DNA of 44,852 nt, from sequence record PZ239914.1; one strand, given 5' to 3'. This document shows positions 1 through 9,100 of the stretch, piece by piece. Position 1 is the first letter of the stretch. Each line of letters begins with the position of its first letter. Made by a program: the position numbers and the translations under genes. Source of the stretch: a phage. The notes beneath the pieces are model-generated. The model was not told the origin of the DNA. It searched no databases and saw only the letters and a program-made list of their open reading frames with translations.

Positions 1-98
1 GTGTGCCGCCAGCGCACTCCAGGGCACTACGGCAACCGCATAAGCAACCTTTACCTGGTAGACGTTGCACGCGACCCGAACTTTTATGCGTAAATTGG

Positions 99-127
99 TT
101 GCATAATCATATTGGTTGCATTATATT
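99..127 (+). promoter_or_regulatory. candidate sigma70-type promoter (TTGCAT-17-TATATT) with two TTGGTTGCA motifs
   Basis: -35 TTGCAT at 99-104, 17-nt spacer, -10 TATATT at 122-127; ATTGGTTGCA copies at 94-103 and 111-120; precedes the ORF at 175. Confidence 0.45.
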
Positions 128-174
128 GAGGGTGTCCGGTTTGGACGCCCTTTTTAATACCTGGAGACGACACA

Positions 175-417
175 ATGAGATCATTATTTTTCGACTACGA
201 CGGCGACCTTCGATTTTGGGTGATACTCCTCCTCATGTTTTCCGTTTGTATTTGCGTACCTACCGCGGCTATTTACTACACGGAACGCTACGAATGCAAG
301 ACCGTATATGCCGAGCAAACGGGACGTAATACCCAATGGCGATACGGAGTCTGCTGGGTGGAGATGGACGGCAAATTTATTCCACGCAAAGAGATTCGCA
401 CTACGGAGATTAAATAA
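175..417 (+). CDS. hypothetical small membrane protein (80 aa)
   Basis: ATG ORF with GGAGA about 8 nt upstream; hydrophobic segment WVILLLMFSVCICVPTAAIYY. Confidence 0.5.
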   Translation: MRSLFFDYDGDLRFWVILLLMFSVCICVPTAAIYYTERYECKTVYAEQTGRNTQWRYGVCWVEMDGKFIPRKEIRTTEIK

Positions 418-876
418 ATGAAAATTTTACAAGAAGAGAAAAATTACTGGGCCGCGCAATGCCTCGAAGCCCGCGAACAGGTCGAACGTGTTAGCGCGCT
501 GGCAGACACCTACCTTGCGAGCTATGAAGGCGAGGAGAAGGCGCGCAAGGAATTAGAGGAGCGCTTCGATCTGCTGTATGAGTTGATGGGTATTATGCAG
601 CGCACCGGATACACCACCACCGTCGCGCTAAACCGCATCACTGCCGAAGGTCTGCGCGAGCATTGCAAACGTGCCGAGGAGTACGTGCGCCCCAAAGGTC
701 GCCAGTCTAAGATCGACCGGAAAGACCTGGTGCTTATGGCGTGGCGCGCAAACGGTAGCTACTACTCCGATTGCCGACCGCTTAGCGTCGAGGGCGCAAA
801 GCGCCTGCAACGCGTTCTAAACAGTGGTAAGAAAATTGCCCTGTACGCGATAGATCAAGATCATGCAGAAGAGTGA
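418..876 (+). CDS. hypothetical protein (152 aa)
   Basis: ATG immediately after the upstream stop with GGAG upstream; charged coiled-coil-like N-terminus; no recognised motif. Confidence 0.55.
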   Translation: MKILQEEKNYWAAQCLEAREQVERVSALADTYLASYEGEEKARKELEERFDLLYELMGIMQRTGYTTTVALNRITAEGLREHCKRAEEYVRPKGRQSKIDRKDLVLMAWRANGSYYSDCRPLSVEGAKRLQRVLNSGKKIALYAIDQDHAEE

Positions 877-1348
877 GCAGAAAGATAGCTGGCGCACACC
901 GCCAGCTTTATTTAAACCGCTGCGCCGTAAGTTCCGATTCCGTTACGATATGGCGGCAAGCGACGCCAATCATCTGCTACCGCGTTACTTCACGGCAGAG
1001 CACAGCGCGCTTGATGTGGACTGGGCAGAGTTGAAAGGGTGGAAATGGTGCAATCCGCCGTATTCCGATCCGCTGCCGTGGGTGGAATGCGCAGCGCACG
1101 GACGACGGACTGTCATGCTGCTGAATCAGGACACGTCGACGAAGTGGGCGAAGTTGGCCCGGAAGACTGCAAACCAGATAATTCTTCTGGACTGGCGGAT
1201 TAGATTCATTCACGCCGTCACCGGCGAAGTCGGTCCGAGCAATAACAAGTGCCAGCAATTGATAATCTTTGACGAAGCGCCGCCAACCGGCAGCGCAAAA
1301 ATTGAAATAATGAGCGAAGGAGAACTCCTTGAATATCTTAATCGTTGA
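863..1348 (+). CDS. DNA N6-adenine methyltransferase (phage Dam family)
   Basis: WRTPPALF, FRYDMAASD and the catalytic NPPY motif (WCNPPYSD) in the order typical of phage Dam-family MTases. Confidence 0.8.
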   Translation: MQKSEQKDSWRTPPALFKPLRRKFRFRYDMAASDANHLLPRYFTAEHSALDVDWAELKGWKWCNPPYSDPLPWVECAAHGRRTVMLLNQDTSTKWAKLARKTANQIILLDWRIRFIHAVTGEVGPSNNKCQQLIIFDEAPPTGSAKIEIMSEGELLEYLNR

Positions 1349-1373
1349 CCGCGACCCCGCGGTCGTAGACCAA

Positions 1374-1553
1374 ATGCAAAGAGACTACTGTATTGATCCG
1401 CGACGCAATCGTGTAGTGCGCGCGTCTCGCCCTGAATACATCCTGGGCCTTGACCTCACCGGTTGGCTTGTCATGACTCAGCGTTGCCATTTCGTGTGCA
1501 ACTCCTTTACTGCGCGAAGCGCCCGTTACACCCTTATTGAGAGTTTAAAATGA
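1374..1553 (+). CDS. hypothetical small protein (59 aa), doubtful
   Basis: ORF track 1329..1553 starts at TTG; first ATG at 1374; weak RBS; fills a 200-bp gap between the Dam and HAD genes. Confidence 0.25.
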   Translation: MQRDYCIDPRRNRVVRASRPEYILGLDLTGWLVMTQRCHFVCNSFTARSARYTLIESLK

Positions 1554-2020
1554 AATTACTGATTTGCGATTTGGATGGCGTTATTAACGGCTCAAGTGAT
1601 GCGCGCGCCGACCTGGTGCCGGGTATAAAAACCAAATCCACCTTTTGGGCAAAGTGGCACAAAGCGCACGTACGCGAAGACCTGAACATGGATATGCTGC
1701 CGCTGCTGCGTATGTATGAAGAGCAAGGCTTCAAGATTGCGTATCTGACAAACCGGCAGCGCGAATGTTGGGAAACCACCGCCGAGCAACTGGAAGTATT
1801 CCCGAACGGCCGGTTGTTCATGCGCCATATGCAGGACGACACCCCGCCGCCCGAGTTTAAGGCGTGCGCCGTGTTCAAAATGGTCTGCTATGCGGACGTG
1901 TCCGAACTGGTCATCATTGAAGACTGTCCGAAGAACATAGCGGCAATTCGTCGGGCGTGTAGCGATTTGGTCCCGAAAATTTACGCAATAAATGTTGCGA
2001 AATTTACTTGCAACCAATAG
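1550..2020 (+). CDS. HAD-superfamily hydrolase/phosphatase-like protein
   Basis: N-terminal LICDLDGVI matches HAD motif I (DxDG); GAGAG RBS upstream. Confidence 0.55.
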   Translation: MKLLICDLDGVINGSSDARADLVPGIKTKSTFWAKWHKAHVREDLNMDMLPLLRMYEEQGFKIAYLTNRQRECWETTAEQLEVFPNGRLFMRHMQDDTPPPEFKACAVFKMVCYADVSELVIIEDCPKNIAAIRRACSDLVPKIYAINVAKFTCNQ

Positions 2021-2037
2021 GTTGGTTGCACTATAGT
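2008..2037 (+). promoter_or_regulatory. candidate sigma70-type promoter (TTGCAA-18-TATAGT) overlapping an inverted TTGCAACCAA/TTGGTTGCA pair
   Basis: -35 TTGCAA 2008-2013, -10 TATAGT 2032-2037; inverted 9-mers at 2008-2017 and 2022-2030. Confidence 0.4.
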
Positions 2038-2082
2038 TAACGCGTCGGGGCAATACGGCCCCACGCTAAAAAGGACCACATA

Positions 2083-2637
2083 ATGAAAGCATACGAATAC
2101 TGCAAAAACGCCGCCACCACTATGGAACAGCGCGGGAAAGAAAACGGCTATGACAACGCGAAAGAAGAACGCAGCGCTAAACAAATCGCTGCCGTGTTTA
2201 ACGCGCTTACCGGTCGCGACCTTACCGAGCAGGAAGCCTGGACCTTCCTGATCTGCCTGAAGCTGGTACGCCAGCACCGCAAGCACCAGGAAGACAATAT
2301 TGTTGACCTGGTAGCATATGCCGCACTGCTGGGCGAGTCTCACATGACCGTGCATGACGAGATTCAGATCGATACAACGGCAGAACAGTTTGAAAGTCTC
2401 AAAGGCCTGTCCGTGCGTCTCGACGGTGAGATTAATGCGTATAACAGCGCAATTCGCGTTGCGGAGGACACGATAGCCTCGTTCGGCAAGACTGTTAAGG
2501 CCCGCGATTTTGGGTGTGTAGCCCAGGACGTCCAGCCTATGGTCGTGCTCACCGGTGAAGACGGATCGAAAATCTGCATGACGCAGGAAGATTTCCGCAA
2601 CATGGAAAAAACACTGGTGACTGGCGCACTTAAATAA
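2083..2637 (+). CDS. hypothetical protein (184 aa)
   Basis: ATG with AAAGGA RBS; preceded by a GC hairpin and AGGACCACA leader; no recognised catalytic motif. Confidence 0.6.
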   Translation: MKAYEYCKNAATTMEQRGKENGYDNAKEERSAKQIAAVFNALTGRDLTEQEAWTFLICLKLVRQHRKHQEDNIVDLVAYAALLGESHMTVHDEIQIDTTAEQFESLKGLSVRLDGEINAYNSAIRVAEDTIASFGKTVKARDFGCVAQDVQPMVVLTGEDGSKICMTQEDFRNMEKTLVTGALK

Positions 2638-2679
2638 TTCTAATCGCGGGCTTCGGCCCGCATCAATGAGGACCACACG

Positions 2680-3249
2680 ATGTACGGCGAATATGAAATA
2701 TCTGGTAAACAATTCCACCTGGCGGCAATGATAGCAAGCATCGAGTTTGACCAGTGGCGCTTAAAGTCCGACGCGTGCAAGCAAAGCCGTCTTGTTGGTG
2801 TGCTGGGCGAGATGTTTGCAGGCATGTATCTCGAAGGGCAAGCAGGAGGGCGCAGTTGTATACCGCAAGGCTTGCTTATGCGTACGGGCCTGTTTAGCGC
2901 CAATACCATTGACCGCGGCGATATCATCATGGTCGGCAAGCGCAAGGTAAAGTCCGGCCCCGACTTCCGCGAGCATGTGATCGATGCCGTATGGACCTAC
3001 GAAGTTAAGGCCACCAGCGGCATCCGTCGCGGACTGGTAGAGGCGCGTTGCGCTCGCGAGTATCTTGCCCGTCGAGTTGCAGGTGTTATCCTGGTAAGCG
3101 TAGCGTTCGGGCAGCATAACGCGCACGGCGTGATTGAGGATATCGCAGAGCCATACGTGATTGTTAATGACTGGCCCTTAGTGGAAGTGGATGGAAAGGA
3201 GTATTACGAAAGCCCGCTGGTGCGTCGCAAGATAGAAAACGGGGCATAA
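2680..3249 (+). CDS. hypothetical protein (189 aa)
   Basis: ATG with GAGGA RBS; preceded by the GCGGGC-UUCG-GCCCGC hairpin and AGGACCACA leader. Confidence 0.6.
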   Translation: MYGEYEISGKQFHLAAMIASIEFDQWRLKSDACKQSRLVGVLGEMFAGMYLEGQAGGRSCIPQGLLMRTGLFSANTIDRGDIIMVGKRKVKSGPDFREHVIDAVWTYEVKATSGIRRGLVEARCAREYLARRVAGVILVSVAFGQHNAHGVIEDIAEPYVIVNDWPLVEVDGKEYYESPLVRRKIENGA

Positions 3250-3266
3250 AGCCCCGTTGTTTTTAC
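3238..3266. terminator. bidirectional intrinsic terminator at the convergent junction
   Basis: AACGGGGC-ataaa-GCCCCGTT stem-loop followed by a T-run on plus; lies between the plus gene ending at 3249 and the minus tail fiber ending at 3284. Confidence 0.6.
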
Positions 3267-3283
3267 TACTCAGGAAGTATTCC

Positions 3284-4900
3284 CTACTCCCCGGACTCAG
3301 GCATCTCAACTCGCATATCAATCCATCGCCCCGCCGGTATATCTACGGGGTCCATATCCGCCACGCCTTCCACGATGTTTCTTGCAAATTCCGGAACTCC
3401 TGTGTGTTCCCGGTGGAACGTTTTAACAATTATGTCCCCGGTATCCAGAACCTTAAAGTCCACCCACAACAACGGCAACCCGTTGTTGTTACTCGGAATT
3501 GTAAAACCACCATCAACCCCTCCCCAGGCCGGATCCGAGTTAAACCCTAACACTCCGGATACCTTATACACGCCCGTATCGATCCGCTCGCTCTTCACAC
3601 CTTCTGCCTCCTTGTTAAGCTCCGCGGTTCCGTCGCCACGCAACTTAACGATAGGAGACGCGGGCTTAAGGTTGCCGTTAGTGTCAATGGTGGTGTTGGC
3701 GACTGAGTAGAATTTTCCCGCAGGGCCGACAAGGGTGCCGTTGTTGTACATTACCCATATCCTTCCATATGTCGCATGGTCGACAGCCCCGAATACGAAC
3801 CCGGATGTATCGGGGTTTAAATCCGGACTTGCGAGCGCCCCCCATGAAAAATCAATGGTCCAGTTTGTTGTGGAGGCGCTAACCTGGCTATGTTTCGCCA
3901 CGGAGTCCGGGGCCAATGACACTACCGACTTATACCCGAAATCCGCCACGCCCACGTTAGTTCCGGCGGATAATCGTGTAGTGTATTTATTTTGGGTGCT
4001 CCCAACCTCGACTAGGTCGCCGGCCCCGACTCCAACGTTACGCGTTGCCGCTGAGCCAAGCCCCATATTCGTACGGGCTGCGGCCTTGTTGGCAACGTCT
4101 GCCAGGTTCTGCGACGTCTTCATGAATTGCGCAGGGTTGATCGAGTTTTTGAATCCTTCGGCTTCGTCGCGGTATCCCAACGCGGCATCACGGGCGGTTT
4201 GCGCGTCTGTCTTCGCCGCGTTGGATTCGTCGCGAATAACGCCGGTATCCGTCTTAATCTGGTTGGTCTGGTCCTTGATGGCCTGCGTATCAGATTTAAG
4301 CTGATCGGTTTGCGTCTTGATTGTATTGGTGGCGTCGTGGATCGCCTGCGTATCAGCCTTAATCTGGTTGGTGGCGTCGCGAATACCAGCCGTCTCGGTC
4401 TTGAAGCCTTCTGCCTCATTGCGAAATCCTTGCGCAGCTGCTTCCGATGCGGCGGCTTGCTGTTGCAGGTTGCGCATCTCAACAGGGTCGATCTGCTTCA
4501 TTAGCTGCGACAGATAGCCCCATGACATGCCCTGCATAACCAGCCCGTTAGGTAACGTCACTGTGACTTCTTCAGCGTCGCCGAAGATTGCACGCCAGTT
4601 GTTTTCATCCGCGATCATCAAGCGTAATGCCTTCTGTGCCTGGACGGTTACGCCCATCGTTGCCAGCGACATGGTATCGCGCTTAACGCCATCCCACGCG
4701 AGGCCGGTTGCCGTTGGGCCGTCGAACGGCAGAACCAGAGTAAGCGACGTGTCGCTTTCAATGGACGCGATTGCCACGGTGTAGGGGACTTGTCCTACAA
4801 CCAGCGTTAAGAAGTCGCCAGCGTTAAACGCGGTAAACGTCGTGCCAACCCCTACAACCGCCTTGCTGTTGTTCGTTACGGATAGAGTACCCGCTGCCAT
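3284..4900 (-). CDS. side tail fiber protein with coiled-coil repeat region
   Basis: 538 aa from the ATG at 4900 (GAGGA RBS); repeated D-x-T-N-x-I-K-x-D-T-Q-A-I units; Gly/Thr-rich C-terminal region; adjacent to the J homologue. Confidence 0.7.
   Translation of the reverse strand: MAAGTLSVTNNSKAVVGVGTTFTAFNAGDFLTLVVGQVPYTVAIASIESDTSLTLVLPFDGPTATGLAWDGVKRDTMSLATMGVTVQAQKALRLMIADENNWRAIFGDAEEVTVTLPNGLVMQGMSWGYLSQLMKQIDPVEMRNLQQQAAASEAAAQGFRNEAEGFKTETAGIRDATNQIKADTQAIHDATNTIKTQTDQLKSDTQAIKDQTNQIKTDTGVIRDESNAAKTDAQTARDAALGYRDEAEGFKNSINPAQFMKTSQNLADVANKAAARTNMGLGSAATRNVGVGAGDLVEVGSTQNKYTTRLSAGTNVGVADFGYKSVVSLAPDSVAKHSQVSASTTNWTIDFSWGALASPDLNPDTSGFVFGAVDHATYGRIWVMYNNGTLVGPAGKFYSVANTTIDTNGNLKPASPIVKLRGDGTAELNKEAEGVKSERIDTGVYKVSGVLGFNSDPAWGGVDGGFTIPSNNNGLPLLWVDFKVLDTGDIIVKTFHREHTGVPEFARNIVEGVADMDPVDIPAGRWIDMRVEMPESGE
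4150..4400 (-). repeat. in-frame degenerate tandem repeats inside the tail fiber gene
   Basis: Repeated ctgcgtatcag...ttaa..ctg.t.ggt DNA units encoding IRDATNQIKADTQAIHDATNTIKTQTDQLKSDTQAIKDQTNQIKTDTGVI; approximate boundaries. Confidence 0.5.
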
Positions 4901-4921
4901 AGCTAAATCCTCATAAATTGG

Positions 4922-4950
4922 TTGCATTCTTGATCGAGCGGTGTAATACT
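4922..4950 (+). promoter_or_regulatory. candidate sigma70-type promoter (TTGCAT-17-extended -10 TGtAATACT) for the lipoprotein gene
   Basis: ATTGGTTGCA at 4917-4926 overlaps the -35; an 80-bp divergent region separates the tail fiber start (4900) from the lipoprotein start (4981). Confidence 0.4.
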
Positions 4951-4980
4951 GAAACTCGACCAAATATAGGAGATGATACC

Positions 4981-5202
4981 ATGAAAACTTTAATTATGAT
5001 TTGTGCGGTTCTGTTGGCTGGTTGTGCTGTAGAACGCAACAACGGCGATTGCATTACGGTTGCCTACGGTAGCTGCATGTTGCGCTACGTCGACGGGAAG
5101 AAAGTGCCAGCCGGAGATGTGGATATGCGCTTCACTGGTCTGTCTGCCGATAGTGACGGCAACTTCTCGGGTACGGTATCAGTTAAATCGCGGGAGTGGT
5201 AA
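4981..5202 (+). CDS. small lipoprotein (73 aa), candidate superinfection-exclusion factor
   Basis: MKTLIMICAVLLAGC signal peptide with lipobox L-A-G-C; GGAGA RBS; own promoter; opposite strand to the flanking tail genes. Confidence 0.6.
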   Translation: MKTLIMICAVLLAGCAVERNNGDCITVAYGSCMLRYVDGKKVPAGDVDMRFTGLSADSDGNFSGTVSVKSREW

Positions 5203-5204
5203 TA

Positions 5205-6170
5205 ATGGGCGCTGGAGTACTTATCGACTACAACGACGGGCGACCGGTTATGGAGATAACCGCCGGGCTACGCGCGCCGTCATTCTGTACATCATTCTAT
5301 CAGCGCTGCCAGTCTGATAAGACGCTAACTATTAACACTCCGCTAACGCCGGGGTCGGATCTGGTCGTCGTGCTCACAAGTCCCGTTGAAGTGATGGAAG
5401 TCTTCGACCAGACACTGGTCTTGCCAGATCCGTTTTACATAACGTCAATACAGCGTAACGGGGATAGCGGAATAACCTTGCGCGGTGAGGACGCGTTTAA
5501 CGCATATAGCGGGCTTCCATCATGGGGCGGGGTGATTATGGAAGTGCTGCCGGTGGGGTCGCGCAATGCGGGCTTACTGGTGGCGAACTCGACTGACTTT
5601 ACCGCGATATCGAACGTATCCCGGCTTATGACCTGCCGATATGCGCAGCGCGTGTGGGTGAACGGAAGTATGCCATTACCGGTAAGCGGTGTCCCGTTCG
5701 CGCGCTGGGACGACGGAAACGTGTCTGTCGGCTTCGATGGCGGAAGTATTATCGTCCGTAATGCATCCTATGGCGGGATTGACGACGTAGGCGCGGCTGT
5801 TGAAATGGACTTGGTTATATTCAACAATACGCCGCCCACCCCTGGAAACGGCATCACCATGACAAACAACCAGGGGCAGGTCACGTTCTCTACCGTGAAT
5901 AAGCCGTTTGTTATCAATTCCGTTATTAATATCAGCACTGGTGGTAAGAATATCGGTAACAGCCTCGTACAGCTTTCATATACCGGCGCGCTTATTGAGA
6001 ACAACAGCGGATACAACCACGTGAGAATGAATGGGATACGCATGGCAGGCAACGTGGTTAGCGCGGCACGAAATCGCGTGATTGGTAACTACTCACGGCA
6101 GCAATTCCAGATGCCTAACCGCAACATAACCGTACCCACACCGTTACTCGTCATCCCTAACATGTATTAA
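5205..6170 (+). CDS. hypothetical protein (321 aa) co-transcribed with the lipoprotein
   Basis: ATG 3 nt after the lipoprotein stop; Gly/Asn/Thr-rich; no recognised motif. Confidence 0.5.
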   Translation: MGAGVLIDYNDGRPVMEITAGLRAPSFCTSFYQRCQSDKTLTINTPLTPGSDLVVVLTSPVEVMEVFDQTLVLPDPFYITSIQRNGDSGITLRGEDAFNAYSGLPSWGGVIMEVLPVGSRNAGLLVANSTDFTAISNVSRLMTCRYAQRVWVNGSMPLPVSGVPFARWDDGNVSVGFDGGSIIVRNASYGGIDDVGAAVEMDLVIFNNTPPTPGNGITMTNNQGQVTFSTVNKPFVINSVINISTGGKNIGNSLVQLSYTGALIENNSGYNHVRMNGIRMAGNVVSAARNRVIGNYSRQQFQMPNRNITVPTPLLVIPNMY

Positions 6171-6191
6171 AAAAGGGGCCATATGGCCCCT
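6168..6191 (-). terminator. intrinsic terminator after the J gene
   Basis: On the minus strand GGGGCC-atat-GGCCCC hairpin followed by U6. Confidence 0.6.
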
Positions 6192-6197
6192 TCGCAT

Positions 6198-9100
6198 TTA
6201 CCACGTCCCGACTTTCACCCTGCCCCCGCCAGGTAATGGCACGTTAACGCCCGTTGAGTCGATCGTAACGGACCCGCCGGAGAATCCGAAGTTACCCGTG
6301 GTCGCGAACAGGTTGCCGCGTACCGTTACGTTGTTGAACTCCGCCCCGCCATCCTTCGCGATACGCCAGCCGCTGCTACCCGGATTCCAGTTATTCGATT
6401 GCAGCGTGTCCGTGATCTGTGCGAAGTTGATTGACGCGTTCTTGATACGTGCCGTGTCGATGTACACCTGCCCGCCGTCGACGATAAACGCGGACGAAAG
6501 CGACCCATTCGACGGGTGCATGATGTAGAACTGGTCCGCCTTGAACGCGATGCGTGATTTAACCGCGCCACCTTCCGCCACGACCGAAAGCTGCATACCG
6601 GCATCGTAGTAAGTCCCGTTATACGTCACGCCAGCTTTAAGGCTATATGTAGCGCTACCGCCAACATGGTTAAACGAGGACGTCATCTTCTGCTCGATAG
6701 CTGCGGACTGCTGCCCGAACTGCGCCGCGACCTGGGTCTTATACTCCGCCAGTGCGCCCGCTACGTCTGCCGTTGCCGTTTGTACCTGCTGGATGGCAGC
6801 TTCCTGTTCCCCGAACTTAGCGGCAACAGTTTGTTGGTACTGGGCGAACGCTTGTTCGTGCGTGCTTTGCGCGGTCTGCAACATGTGGATTGACGCTTCC
6901 GCATCGTCAAGGCGCGTGCCGATCAACGTCTCAAGTTGCGCGACCGCCTTGTGGGCGTCCGTAGCCACGTTATACGCCACCGTGATTTCCGCATAAATCC
7001 CTTTATACTCGTCGCGGGCATTGAATAGCTGCTGGGCGTCGGTGAGCATAGACTCATAGATACCTTGCGGGATCGTGTCGATTGCTTCCTGGAAGTGTTT
7101 ACCATCCTCGGAAGTCAAGAACTCGTCGTCCAACCCCTTCATGTACTCGTCAACTTTGTCACTCACCTGGCCTTCAAACGGGGCGGACCAGTCCGACAGG
7201 TTGCCGATTTTATCTGCTACACGGGCGCGCAACTGCTGGTAGATCCCGAACTCCAGCGACGTTTGCGCATAGTCAGACCCCGGATATGGGACGTTGGTCA
7301 AGAACTTCCATTCCATTTCGCCCCGCTTGCGAACTTCAAGCTCGGTGTAAGAGATATCCGTCGCGGCGTTGTTGTGGTTCCACTTCCACAAAATTTGGTG
7401 GAGGCCCGAAATCGCGTTGGTGATGATAGGCGCGTTAAGCCCTCCGAGACGACCTTCCACCGGCGTGATGGCAGACGACACCCACGGGGATGAAATCTCG
7501 CCCATACCGATCGCGCGGACGCGGGCCTGGTAGTTACCAGAAAACACATTTGGGATGTGAGCGCCGTTCGAAGCCGTGCGGGGGATGTTTACCCAGTCGT
7601 TTCCCCACTGGATCGCCATATTCTGCAAGCTGGTACGTCGCCACTGGATTTCATAGACAACGGCATCCTTCACCGGCGGGAATACAATATCCACGTTGGT
7701 GATTAGCTGGCCTTGCGATGAAATCTGCGACGGGGTGATGGTCACGGACTCCGGCCCCTTCATTACTCCGTCAGGCACTTGCGTAAAGATGCCTGGGTCA
7801 AGGCGAGCGCCATTATCGACGGCATCATATTTGCTATCGTTGTACTCGATCCCGCGCACTGAAAAAGTGCTGGTAGAGTCGTCATATTCCAGGTCGGTGA
7901 TGCGGAACTTCTGCAACTGGATATCGTCACCATCAACGCAAAACGGCTGATCAGGAATCGGGTCTGCGTCCAGTGCGGTTTTTAGCGTAACCTTGTTGCC
8001 GTTGACGCTGGCGATCTCGCGAGTCTCCACATTACCGCTATCGGTGCGTACCAGGAATTTATCACCGGGGCGGAACGTGATTTCGCTGTCTGTGTTCAGC
8101 ACAGTCCGCGTGCCTGGATCTGACAACAGGCGACCGCCGCGGGTCTCGAAGCCGCCAGAAATGTTTGTATCGGCGATCGCGACTACGCTACCAGGAATAA
8201 AGAATAGTCCTTCCATGCCAACCTTAAAGCTAACTTGCTGGTCAAGCTGGTTGGAGATTAGCGCCCAGTGCCCGCGGCGTTGCGCTTCCGATTCACGAGT
8301 ACAGCCGATCGCCGTAATATCAAGGCGGTTGATTTTATGGCGGCGCACCAGTTCGACACGCTGGCCCGTTGCGATGGCGTCTTCGTAGTGGTTTTTCGGA
8401 TTGCCGTATGCTACCGCGAATGTGGAATAGCGAGTTTTCTGGCTGCCAGATGCGTAGTCGAATCGACCATCAATAACCGAGGCGTTGGTGATAGTGTGCG
8501 ATACCGCTGCGACCGGCTGGTCGCTTACGATATTCAACATCTGGTTGCCCCACCAGGTCATACCGGCAAAGATGGCGGCTAAGTCCTTAAGAACGGTCCA
8601 GGCGTCGGTCTGCGACTGGATGTACATATCATTCTTAAAGCGGATTTCTTGCCCGCCGTTGCCGTCACTGACCATTTGGTCGCAGCGCTGCGCAATCTGG
8701 TATAGCGCGTACCGATTCAGCATTTGCGGCTTGATCCTACGACCGAGGCCGAAGCGCTCAGTAATACAAATATCGTACCAGTGCCACGCAGGGTTATCCG
8801 TCCATGCGCGTTTGAACGTGCCATCCCAGTCGCCAGAATAGGTATGATTGATCGGGTCGTAGTTGTTCGGGACCAGCACTTTGCGGCCTTTGCACTTAAT
8901 GGATACGCGCGGGATGTTCTGGAACGCTTTGGCGTCGAACTCCACAAACAACAGCGCGGTTAGCGGGTAACGCAGACGGGCGTCGATAATCTCAGTGATT
9001 GATTGTACCCGGATATCATTAACCACTTTCGCCGATGTAGAATCTGCCGTTGTGCGGTGAACTTCCACGCGCCAGCCGGTGTTCACGTTCGGTGGTAATT

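Noticed and set aside
94-127. Sigma54 (-24/-12) promoter reading of TTGGTTGCA
   Set aside because: The motif superficially contains GG and GC elements, but their spacing is 2 nt within a copy and about 19 nt between tandem copies, not the about 10 nt required.
3-329. 108-aa GTG-initiated ORF at the window start
   Set aside because: It overlaps the candidate promoter and TTGGTTGCA motifs and the better-supported 175-417 ORF, has no RBS, and has Arg/Cys/His-rich composition typical of an off-frame read.
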